Shown here in pieces: positions 1 to 13,400 of a stretch of DNA of 64,000 bases. The stretch's first letter is position 1. Every line of letters starts with the position of its first letter. The notes beneath the pieces were generated by a model. It did no database searches, was not told where the DNA came from, and saw nothing but the letters and a program-made list of their open reading frames with translations. The stretch lies in assembly GCA_030141605.1 (NCBI GenBank), contig JAQGDQ010000090.1:186001-250000 (forward strand). The letters are read 5' to 3'. Source of the stretch: Tubiluchus corallicola (Eukaryota; Animalia; Priapulida). A program made the translations under genes and the position numbers.

Positions 1-755
1 GACGGTGAGTACCTCCTAAACCGTCTTTTCCGTTGAGTAAAGGCAGAAGCAGGTGACTTCAGTGGTGCGTTCTCAAAAACTGTCCTTTCAGTCGGGTCGA
101 TCGGGCGAGGGCAGCACTGCTTAATTACAAGTAGTATGTATAATAAAATAAAATGAAAAATAAACTTTAAATTAATTAAGTGTTAAAATGATTAAACAAA
201 ATGATGGAGCCTTAATTAAAACAATGAAACTAACATTACATTGAAACTACTGCTACTGCTACTAATGTTACAGTGACTAGAGTTTATGAAGATGGTTTTT
301 GTTAATAATACTTTTCGGTATTGCACAACGGTAAGCCCCATTCAATGCATCTCATTGCTAAGTTAATCCTCTAAGATGCAATGCCGAACCGACAACATCG
401 TCTTGGCCACGTTAGGTCTTTCTTAGTTAGGTAGTTAGCCGACGGTTGTATGGAAAATAAACTTGCTCAGATGTGTAGATATCTTGAAAGTCACTGATCC
501 TTTTCCTAACAAGGCCGCGACCGACCACTCACATATATTGAATCGAGACTGATGTTGCTTAATTTGCAGTGACTTAATAGACTACGTATCTTTTGACGAT
601 TAACATTGTACATGTGGTTCACTACATTTTGACAAAGATTCTAACTTATAAACCTTTGTTTTATTAACTTTATCTTATAATTTTTGTAAATTTTAATTTT
701 TTACTGTAAATACGTTTGATGAACCTCGTGTTAGAAATAAAATTAATTACTTACG

Positions 756-796
<41 letters not shown>

Positions 797-1901
797 GCTT
801 GCTTACTTATTCACTCGCTCACTTACTTACTTACTCACTTGCTTACTTACTTATTCGCTTACTTATTCACTTACTTACTTACTTACTCACTTGCTTACTT
901 ACTTATTCGCTTACTCATTCACTTACTTACTTACTTACTCACTTACTTACTTACTTTCTTACTTACCTACAGTAATTATTAGGACACTAATTATTCACGC
1001 CTTCTTCAGTGCCCAGTAGTCCACCACAAAAGGTCAGGGCTGTCGCTTTGGACTCTAGAAGCATATCAGTGGAGTGGCTGCAACCGCCTTTTCAGAACAT
1101 TCATGGCATATTGCAAGGTTACAAGGTGCTATACAATCGAATGCCTGATTCTGAATTTGAAGAAGGTAATTTTACGATACTTATAATATACGTTTACTTA
1201 TAGAATAAAGTAAAAATAGTTTTTGTGTAAAACCGTTTCTTTAAATGTGTAAATGTTTAATATGGGTGCTAGATGGACTAGAAGTCTTTCGTCTTATTAA
1301 ACGTAATCAATCGAAAATTATTATCCACCAAATTTGAGTCCGAAAATTAGTGTTAATAAATGACCAAACAGCTTGTAACAGTATATATAGCAAACAAACC
1401 TGCATACCTTGCATACAATTTATGTAACAAACATACCTTATGTAACAAACTAATATTATTCCGTCAAAACATAGCGTTTAGCGAACCAGTTTGAAGTGAA
1501 ATTACATTGTCAATTCCAAGGCTTTTATTTCATTCTAAACGTTTGATTGTCAGAAATTAAAATCACTGGGACACAAGAAACAAATGGATTAACCACTACA
1601 CTGAAGGATCTAGACGAGTTTACAAATTACAGTATAAGAGTGCTGGCGTTTACTCGTGCAGGAGATGGTGTGAAGAGCAAACCAGTGTTCATGAAAACTA
1701 AAGAAGATGGTATGTAACTTTAGCCTAAAATGAATACTTTACGTGACTTTACGTAATAAAGTCGATGTTAAATAAAAACAACTGCAATGACAGCAATGAT
1801 AACAGCAACAGCAACAACAGCAATGGCAGCAGCAGCAGCAGTACCTTAAGTAGTAGCAGGAGCAATAACAACAGTAACAGCATTGTCAAAACACACACGC
1901 A

Positions 1902-1973
<72 letters not shown>

Positions 1974-2034
1974 ACGATGGTGACGGCGATGATGGCGACA
2001 GTGACAATAATGTAACAATATTTGACAGTCTCTG

Positions 2035-2124
<90 letters not shown>

Positions 2125-5100
2125 ACAAATTGTTTTGAGACAAACTAAATGAAGGCATTTTCATTTTAGTACCTGGGCCCATAACTCATATCAAGGCGGT
2201 GGCGTCGTCTAGCGAGTCGATTATTATTTCTTGGCTTCCTCCGAAAAAGCCAAAGGGCGTTATAACTCAGTACAGTTTGTGGATCAGAAATAAACGCAAT
2301 CTGAATGAGGTAAGTTTTTTAAACAAGGTTTTAAGGAAGTTTCGTTCGAGCAGTAGTTTTTCTACTTAAATTGGCTGTTCAGAAATAGGATTACTAATTA
2401 TTACCGAAAATGCCGAAAACAATTGCACTGTAGTTTGTGCAATTAAAATAATAAATAAATTTGTGGCATGGACCGGCCTTACTCTTCTGTCTCGATGGTA
2501 CTCCTTGGGGCTGGAGGAAGTTGGGAGGACAGGTGCTATGTTTTTTGGATACACTTTGTATATATTATACACTATAATTTCCAGAATTTCTATCACCCAG
2601 GTTTGCTCATGGCATTCTTTTACAGCAATTTAATTTATAGATAATCAGAAATTATATCATTGTTCAAGTGCAAAAATGATTTTTAGCGTCACGTGGTACT
2701 GCCTGCCACAAACTTATCCTACGAGGTGACAAAGATACAGCTTGGAGTGCAACACATGTTCTGGTTGTTTGCTTCGACTTCTGCAGGAGAAGGAAAACCT
2801 TCATCATCTGTCACTGCATCACCAATTGAAAAAGGTTTCGTTTGTTTAAAGTACACTTAGCTTTCGTTCGTCTTACCTTGTGCTACTGGATGGAGCCACC
2901 CGTGTTTTACTTTTGCTGTTAGTTTAAGGAATGCGCAGCCACTGCAGCAGTTTAATAACAGTGTTCTCTGTTGATACCAATTATAGCAATTTTAGATCTG
3001 GTAAAGAAATTACTGACTCAGTAATTAGTTGTGGAAGTTCGTTTGGACATTTATCTTAAAAAGCAAAATAAACAAAAGTATAACAAGCAAGAATTAGCAC
3101 CAAACGCCTTTTTTAATTAATTCAAACTATAAAAATGTTTTAGTTACTTTAGAAATTTTTTACGCATCTAATAGCTCTACAAACTTACAGCAGTTTAAAA
3201 ATAGCACCGATTGATAAATTAATAATAATTATTGATAAATTAATACAATTCTGTTGATCAAGTTCCAGCAAAAGTGGTCAGCTTTGGCCAGGCCTTAGTC
3301 TGCAAATGGCAACAGGCGGTCACCCTTCCTTGCCGCAGCGTGGGCGTTCCCTCACCAGTCACCGTCTGGCTGAGAAAAGGGGGAGTACTTCACCAGGGAG
3401 AGCAGGGAATACGCTTTCTTAACAATGGTTCTGTTGTTTTACATTCTGTGGAGTTCTCACACGCTGGAGAATACACCTGTCGAGTTTCCAATAGTCTAGG
3501 TGCTGATGAGATTAAACACAGCGTCATTGTAAAAGGTAACCTTGATTAGTAGTCAATGTTGGAACGGATGTTGGAAGATAATTTATTTCTAGTTTGGGAC
3601 CTAAAACTTGGAATTTACTACTCAACAGCTTAGAACTGCTAATTCGGTTCATATCTTTCAAAAAAAAAATGTAGAAAAATGTATCTTTAGTACATATTCA
3701 CATAATTACAGTAATTAATATGACTGTGTGCATGAAAGAATAACTGATGCATGAGCGTTTTTCTCGCTGCGTTGAATGTGGCGTTTAACACTCAACTCAC
3801 TAGAACGCTCCACTGTTTCACTAGCTGCTTTCTCGCTGCGTTTATGGTTTACAATGAAAATGGACATCGCTGCGTGCACGGTTATATGAATATACTGTAT
3901 ACTTACTTTTTCATTCATTGGTAGATAATACTTTGCCTACAACCATGTCTGTTATTATTTGTCCCCACTCAAACGCCTTGTTTTTTGGCATGTTGAATCA
4001 ACAATTTGCAATGAACTGCAGTACATACACGTCTTTGCATTAAAAGCAAATCGTCAACACATCATGCAATGGCGCTTGTACCAGGCTAAAGTCGTTATTT
4101 ACTGGTTATTTACTTACATTGTAGTCTACATCGTAATGCATACATCATTGTTTAATGACATGCGCATTACGCAACCTGCAGCAATAGCCATTTTGTCTCG
4201 AGCGATATCACTTCTCGTCACGATTAACATTTTCGGAGGCGTTTTTATCGCTCCAGTGTTACAGCTTTTTCTCGCTGTAGCGATAGACGTTTTGACGAGC
4301 GTTTTTGCGGCGATTTTGCCAATAGCGATAAAACACAGCGAGAAAAACGCTAGTCAAAACGGGCCGAGGTTTTGTGTGTTTGTTATTCGTTTGTACATGT
4401 ATGTAGACAATATGTGAGTGTGTGAGAGAGAATTGATTATATTGTATGTGAGTGTTTGAGCAAATGTATGTGTAAGAGGTTGTAAGTGTAAGTGTATGTG
4501 CAGACATAATCGATACCTGCCCTGCATGTCTGTATTTTTTCTTCTTTAATCTTGAGATTCGGTAATTGTCGGTTTTCGCATGCCAACCCTACTTTGATTA
4601 CATCTAAATTTTTGAAAATCATGCGTATATCATTCTCACCAATAATTCTCGCCCATTTTCATAATCATTAGCCTTTTTTTAAGTTATCTTTTTTCTGTGT
4701 TCATTTATTTATTAAGCTAATACTGCACAAGTTTTCTTATAGTGTTGACTTGATGTGTCTTCATGTACTGATGATTTATAAATTTTGTATGCTGCATATT
4801 GTTCATTATGTACATGAAAGCATTGGCGTTGTATGTAATAAATCTAATTTAAATCTAATCTGATCTATTCTCTCTACTTCGGACGTCGACTATAGAACAG
4901 TAATGAAGTTTATTTGCAATTTAGGTATTGACAGTTTTTGAAATACATTCAATTATATCAGAGTTGTTTTGATTGGCCAGTTAAATAAGGATTTTACAAT
5001 GGAAGAAGAGGCAGAGACATGACCTGTTATTCCTTAAAATTAATGCATTTATGTCATGGAAGACGTTTGTAACAATTTTTTGCACCGAGTGGAGAGAGAG

Positions 5101-6753
5101 CCTGGTTTTCGAAACGATAAACTATTGGAAAATCAATTTAGTCAGAAGCAGAGATGACCTTAAATCACGTTAATGCTATGCTTTCCAACACTTTTTTCAT
5201 TATCTTTTTATTTTCATTCATCGGTCTTCTTAGCGAGTGCCGTTGGGAACTGTAAAAATAATATCTAGCACAAGGCTGTATTGAGGGAGTGACATAGTAT
5301 GTTACTGGAATGACGCAGCAATCAAGAGAGCAACACAAATGCCAAGGGCAGACATTATCAAAGGGAGGGCATCATTTTAGTCCGCTGTATATTTATAGTG
5401 AAGGCGAAGTTATCCAATAATGGACAAACATATCTACTTGTAGTAGCATGTCGAAAAAAGGATACAAAATATCATGACCATGATGTGAAGGGCTGTGTTG
5501 ACACAACAACATATCTGGTCTGTGGAACGACATAGAAAAATGTCTCCACGTGTCCCTAGTGTGCTCTGCATTTTCTAAACTTGTATTACAAATTTTATGG
5601 CATTTCTATAATCTCCCCTAACATAGCGTGGCTTCCTTTTTCTCTAGGACCTCCCATTGCGCCTTCCATTTTGGCAGCAGCAACAACACTGTCTTCTATC
5701 ACTATCAAGTGGAACATCCACAGCAATGGCGGTTTCTCCATCACACATGGATTCGTCCACTATAAGAAGGAGTTTGAGACGTGGCAAAAGCGACGTTTTG
5801 ACTTCACAAACAATAGCTTTACGATTTCTGATCTTCAGTGCGGCACTGTGTATAAGTTTTATGTAACATTGGCTAATAAACTTGGATTAAGTAAACCTAG
5901 TGATTCCATCACGGCCAGGACTGTTGGTTCAGGTACTTTTAATCAGTTTTCTACGGCTACTATGAACGTTTTGTACTCGAATTAAAAGAAATGGTGTTTT
6001 AGACTTTATGCTTAACTTTTTGATATTCGGTCTTCAATCTGCTTATGGGATATTTAATTTTAATTCCAACATAAATGCACCGTGGATAACAGTGATTTGG
6101 GGTTGACTGTACCAGTGGAATACAAACATTTTAACATCTGAATATTTGTGCTATTATTTAATAATTTTTGTAGCAGTATTTTGATCTTCTGTGTATAGAC
6201 AGCAATTCTTTCATTTTTTAGTAAATTGTTCCTCACGTGTCGCACATTTACTTACTATATAACTGGTAGAACAGCATGCTAGAAATAGGTAAAAATTTGT
6301 CGATATCTTTTGGTATAGTTTGAGATAAAGGGGTTTATTATAAAGTCTCGAAAATTAAAACTTATTACGACTTGTTTTGTTCCAGATTTTCTGTGTCAGA
6401 TGTCTGTATATCTAATACTTTAATCACTGTTTTCAATAACATTTTTATTTTAGTACCTGAAAGTCCATCAAAACAAGAATTCATTATTCTTAACACCACA
6501 TACGTCACACTGAACCTGACCGCTTGGTCAAGCGGTGGTTGTGCGGTCAAGTCTTTCGACTTCAACTATCAGCTACCAAAATCCGACCACTGGAAGACAG
6601 TAGCTAACAATGTTGATCCAAAGAACAAGGTATTCCGCATCATGGACCTCTCTCCTTCTTCTGACTACTCCATTCTGGTGACAGCTCACAATGAGGCGGG
6701 AAGTACAACCGAGACGTATAAGTTCACAACGTTGTCGGCGGTTGGAGGTAAAA

Positions 6754-6792
<39 letters not shown>

Positions 6793-6926
6793 TGGTAGTG
6801 GTAGTGGTAGTGGTAGTGGTAGTGGTAGTGGTAGTGGTAGTGGTAGTGGTAGTGGTAGTGGTAGTGGTAGTGGTAGTGGTAGTGGTAGTGGTAGTGGTAG
6901 TGGTAGTGGTAGTAGTAGTAGCAGTA

Positions 6927-7023
<97 letters not shown>

Positions 7024-7085
7024 CAGTAGCAGTAGCAGTAGCAGTAGTAGTCGTAGTCGTAGTAGTGGTTGTGGTAGTGGTAGTG

Positions 7086-7131
<46 letters not shown>

Positions 7132-7150
7132 CAGTAGCAGTAGCAGTAGC

Positions 7151-7237
<87 letters not shown>

Positions 7238-7337
7238 TGTGGTAGTGGTAGTGGTAGTAGTAGTAGTAGTAGTCGTAGAAGTAGTAGTGGTTGTGGTAGT
7301 GGTAGTGGTAGTGGTAGTGGTAGTGGTAGTAATAGTG

Positions 7338-7433
<96 letters not shown>

Positions 7434-10400
7434 ATAGTAGTAGTAGTAGGGATATTTGTTATTTCTTCCTACTGGTTACGTGGCCAGAAGGAACTGACGT
7501 TTGTTTATTATTATGAACAAATATATGAAACAATTAATATGACATAAATATGAAATATTATTTTCTTCAGGTCACGTGACTTGATAAACAAACGTCATTA
7601 TTACGTAATTTGAAAATTTTCCTTGATTTGGACATTAAACGCATACCTCTGAACTGCTATGTGAATTGCGAACTTTGCAAACTGGTTAAAGGTTAACCAA
7701 ACGATTGCGTAGAGATTAGTTCAAAATAAAGTATGCCCTAAAACATTGAACACTACAACAGTTTTTTTAACTTAGATTAAATAATAATTACCTCGGATAA
7801 TTAAATTTTGTTGAACTTTCTAAGTTAAACGCGGCACAGCGAATCGACTAAGACTAGCAAGGGCGCATTTTTGCCACATACGTGTGGCCGCGAAATAAGC
7901 GCGGCATCGTTATAAGCATGGTCATGAACTGCAGTGTTCGTCTATGACGTCAGTGTGACGTAAAGCTCATTTTCGTGCTCTCACATCAGCATCTTATAGC
8001 AACTTTCGCTTACGCAAACGTGCCTGGCGCGCAAGGAAGATGCCTATCATTGTACAAACTGTGGTTAGATTGTGACGGTGTGTTCGGTTGCCAAAAATTA
8101 ACTTTCCAAGATAATTATTCAAATATTAGAAATAGCTGCTGGCTTTTATAGGTAAGAAAGTGTAAATTTTGGACAGTAAATGAAAATGAGATTGAGTCTA
8201 ACCAATGGCTCTTTTTTCCTTTAAGATAGCGAAGTTTTTGTACGTTTTTTGTAAGTAACTAGTGAGCAGCGACATACACACTGGAAGTAGAGGATGTGAG
8301 ACCTACTACACTTAAACTTATTTGTAACATAATATTTAACTGATTACTTTATTCTTGTTTATAAAGACTGTCGTGTTACGCTCAGAAATAAAAAAATCAA
8401 GGAAGTTCTTTAAGAAATGAGTTTTGAGAAATTTCTATAATCGCATCCCGGTCGATTATGGCCACCAGAGCTGCAAGTACTTACAGTACGCCTGACAATA
8501 AAATAAGTGTTACAGGCATTGAAAATAGCCGTTGTTTATCCAAAATTAAAATCGTTTGGGTTTCTCTGGTTTGGGGGAGTGTGATTGCGATTAATCACTT
8601 GTTGATACCTGTAAACTGTGAACGAGATTTAGTTGAAGGTTGATAACGTGTAGGCTTTTCTTGCAGAACAACTTTTGACAGAACCTGTTTTTGAGGAGAC
8701 AGAGGTCACTGAAGCTAGCATTGCAGGTCCATTGCTGGGATGTCTGTTTGTGTTGTTCATCGTTGGTATAGTGATGGCTTGGTACATTAAAAGAAGAAAG
8801 ACCAATCAGTACAGTTACAGTTATAACAACAATGGTATGTGAATGTACATTGTATCTATGAAAGGATATATCTATCAAAGGGACACATATTAAAAGATAA
8901 TAGTTTAGTCTATAAATTATAGTAATGTGAAAAACTACGAGTCTGTCAGTAATTCTTACACTACTAGCTGTGTTATGGATTCAGAAATTAGTGGTAAGCA
9001 TTAAAGCATTGTGACCGTCGTTGTGACCATGATCAGATTGCCTCAACTATCACAATATTCTTTTCTTTAAATTTGGTTAAAATAACAATGCCTGAGCAAT
9101 TTATTGACCAAAGGTAAAATGTTAAAAGTCAGATTTGGCCGAATTGAACATTTCTTTGATGATAAAATTATGATTTTCGATGAAAAAAGTCAAAGCTGCC
9201 AATATTAAACAGGCCCACCAATTTATCTGCTAACAACCAAGGGCCATTATTGAAATGATGGTTTTCAACAAGTATTTGTTATGTACGTACAAAATAAATT
9301 CGGTCGTATTCACATTCCTACTAACATTACGTGTTTTCAGCAAATCAGTTCAAGTCAAAGGTCACAAAAATGTCATCACCGTGACAAAATCTAAGTGGCG
9401 CAGTAAGGAGTTGGCAGGTCTTCCCATTGACCAATTTATCATCGTTGCATTATTTTTTGCAGAAGATTCAGTAACCAAGCCTGACATTGCCACAGAAAAA
9501 GCTCTTATTGCTGATCTTATTGATACAAAAACTAGAGATGGGCACAGCATTGCTCCACACAATACGTTTGTGCCTCCAAGAAACACCCACTCCGCAAATA
9601 GAGGTTGGAAAGCTGCTAATATCAATGACTTTTTGGAAGGTAACTACTTAATTACCTTAGCTCTGTATTAATACATTGGGTATTACGTATTAAATTTTAT
9701 TAATATTGGTTACATGCGAGGAATAATTCTTCCAAATTGTTTCCAATTAGGACTTGTGCTGACTTGACACTTGTGAAATTGGACACTTAGACTGTTACTT
9801 GGAATGTTAGTTACTTTCATGTTTTAATTGGTTTTAAAATGAGTGAATTGTTTTATGCATTTCTGGTTTAGGTAAGTGAGTAATACAAAGCATTTAGATA
9901 CATCACCTTCTATAGCCTAAATATTGGTTGATAGAAGTCTCCTCAAACCAAGCCAATGGCAACAGGTAAAAAGCTAAAATAGAAACGCAGAAATGTGGAT
10001 ATTGATCCAAAAATACGATCGCTATAATTATTTTTCTAATGATTGGTGTTTTTTCTGAAAGCAGTTGAGGCAATAGTAAACAGGGAAACAATTTTCTGGA
10101 AAAATTCTGTAAAAATAAGAGTCCTGAGTGAAAAACTGGACGCGTCTCGGAATGTATAGACTATATAGAGTAAAGAATATGAAAAGCCGCAGCTAAACAA
10201 GTTTGAGTGCGGTACAGACTGAGGTGTCAGGGTATATATGACTATAGTACTCGTTTCTATGTAATAGCCTTTTTGCAGAATTTGATGATGTGAACCCATA
10301 CGCCACAAGTATTATCTACCCTCCGCCGCCACCGCCGCCACCACCAAAAATTTACGACTATATAACCAGAGTGTCACCAATCAGATCACCGCAGAAGTTA

Positions 10401-13400
10401 TACTACAACAACAGCACCTCAATCGAGAAAGCACCACCTACTAATTTTCCATTTCCTCGAATGGACACCGTCTCTGACGAGCAAGATCCAAAAGGAGGTA
10501 ACTTCATTTTGATATCTTGATCTACAAATTTCACAAACCTCACGATCTATATCTGGTTTACTGAATAAGGCAAAATTTTCTTCATTTTGCAAGGCACAAT
10601 ACCATAATTATTGTTTAAACAAATAGCCACAAACAGTATTAGTGGCAAGACAAAGTAAGGGTAGAGTAAAACAGTGAACATGTGGATACATGGCCAATAA
10701 AGCAGAGAAGTGATGAGCTAATGATAAGAAGTATATATTGATGTTTGTCCTGAAACAACTGAGGTTGTATCTAACCTCCGGAGAGATATATATATTTGAG
10801 AGTCTGTAATGTAGGTACCTTTCGAGATTCTGCCTACCTACCTATTATATTTTCATACTCTTTCGCAATTAAAGTATCACATACGACACGGATTAGATAT
10901 TGAAAAGTACAATATCTCGGTCAAATGGAAAGACCGTTTAGAAATTCGTACTGCTGGAACGAAGTTTTAAGATTTTGAACGGAACCTGCATTGCAATTTT
11001 CAACTGATGTTCTAGGAACGTGTGAAAGTCAAATAAATTGTTCGTTTAGCATTTATTCTATTGGAAAAGCCGACACTTTCTATCTAGGTGAGAAATAGAC
11101 GGACGTAGTCTCTACATAAGTATGCCTCTGACCTTGCACTCCTCAATTTCAAAACATATTGTGTACAAACAGACATCTTATGGTTTATAGATAGTGGATA
11201 TGCTCAGCGTTCGGGTCGACCTATTAGAATACGACCTGCCGTTTTACCAAAGTCAGTCTGTCAGATGGCCCCCTATGATAACGTACACGCACCTGGTAAG
11301 AATGCACTGTCAGTATTGCAGTTCACACGTTTTGCAAAGATCTTCTTATAACGCTGAATTTTTCATTCTTCAGTCTTCCTTGATTTTAAGCTTAGTGCTG
11401 CAACTTTGCTTACTACTTTGCAAATTTTATTGCATGTAACATTGGCCATGCTAACATCTTGTTTAATTGATTCTTTTCTTTAATACATCTGAAATTTCGT
11501 CACTTTCGTTAAATGTGTTAGTCTGAAAACTGGTGAATGAAATGATGACACGGAAAATTTTTCACTCAGTTTCCGAAATTTTTCGCCCACAATTTTAAAA
11601 TAATGACAAAAATTGAACCAATGAATAAGGGGACCTAAAACAATTAACAAATAAAAGAACACCATGTTTCGATACGCCAGTGTTTACTGTTTTCAGACCA
11701 AGGAAAAAAGAGAATGAAAAAACGTAAAATGGATTTGGAGTTTTGGATCTGTTTTTTTATTCGGTTTTTATGACGTAATAGAACATGCTGCTACGCTGGT
11801 CATGCAGAGTTAAAAGTACAGTTAAATAATAAACGACTTTGCATCCTTTATCTATGAAGTGTCTCATTAAGTAAAAGGCAGATAAAGTTTTTTTGCTGGA
11901 GGCAACCGTTACAAATTATCGTCATCATGTGGGAGTTTTTGGTTTTCACAAAGGTGCAACTAATTCACACTGAGTAAGACTGACATATTCTTGCCGCTTT
12001 CTAGTGGTTGAAGCAAAATACATCAGTACTCGTGTGCAAAGTGAAAATATATGCTTTCGTATTTGCATTTCTAATTGCTGCTTTATCTTTATTTGCGTAT
12101 TTGAAATAAACACTGTTATTATGATGTTTTATATACCATACATTACTTTTGATTAATCACTAGGTTTTTCAAGTTACACTTTTTCGCATGTCACTGTGTT
12201 TTAGAAATTAGTGGTAAGCATAGTTGTAATTATCGTCAGATTGCCACAACTATCACAATATTCTTTTGCTATAAATTTGGTTAAAGTAACAATGTTTAAG
12301 CAATTTGTTGACGAAAGGTAAGATGTTAAACGTCAAATGTGGCCGCATTGAACATTTTTTGATGACAAAATTATGATTTTCGATGAAAAAAGTCAGAGCT
12401 GCCAATATTAAATGGGCCCATTTAATTTTCGTATTTTCTTGCTATTACCATGTACCAATTTCCTACTACCAACCGAGGGCCATTATTGAAATAATAGTTT
12501 ACAACAATTATTTGCTATATGCGTGCAAAATAAATTCGAGCGTATTCATATTTCTACTAACATTACGTAGTCCCTCCATGTATTTCAGTCGCTCCATGTA
12601 TATTGTAATTTTGAAGGCTGGTAGAGTTGGCGAGTCCCTAATAATGTGTGCTACGTCCTTCATTGAGAGCCTATTACTCTTGTGGTGTTTCTCACAATGG
12701 AGCCAATAAGCCTTTTCATAGTTCTAGCGATTGATGATGATCGTGAAAAGGTCAGAGGTTAAGTGTACCACACAACGCATTTGTGTGCATATGATAACTC
12801 CTAGCAGCCCATCTTGTTGTAACAGTAACAGTTTTAACAGCTAGCTATAACCTTACCTAGTTCATTTTTTCTTGCTTCCAAGCAGGATCCTGCTAATAAA
12901 TCACTCGACGCACAGACTAATGCATAATTAAGCAAAGTCCATGGAAAGCAATTAAAGTTACTAAACCAGGCAAGGTTTTTTGTTTCACACACATGTCACG
13001 TGACAGTTATAGTTAAGACGCATTGCTGTGGTACACTTAATCTTTCACTTGCAGCAAGTGCGCGTGCGCACAACGAAACTGTGAAAAGACTTATTGTTAT
13101 AATTTAACACAATTACCTCCTTGAATGCCGCGTTCAGTGTTTAATACTGCAAAACACGTGGTTTCTTCGAATATTATTGTTATTACATTCTGTTCTGTGT
13201 CACTTTCGGCAAACCAGAGCCCAACAGGGTTTACTTGCTTAAGATTTTATTAGTACTCCTTATCTATGGCGAGAGAGGCAGCAGAGATGTTGGGGCCACG
13301 TTTAGAAAACCCCGCCCTCAATGAACCCAAGTTCATAAGATAGATTTCTGGTGTGAAGTGATTAACCGCGTGGTCACGGTGTGTGATTTGCAGAGGAAGT

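Larger units (their letters stand above)
8981..12569 (+). repeat. Two diverged ~350-bp direct copies of a repeat (~8981-9332 and ~12201-12569) in different gene A introns
   Basis: Shared agaaattagtggtaagcat...caactatcacaatattc...aaaattatgattttcgatgaaaaaagtca...ctactaacattacgt. Confidence 0.85.

Noticed and set aside
6372-7547. 391-aa ORF with poly-Val
   Set aside because: Only 6454-6747 is the FN6 exon; the rest is read-through into a (GTA)n intronic microsatellite
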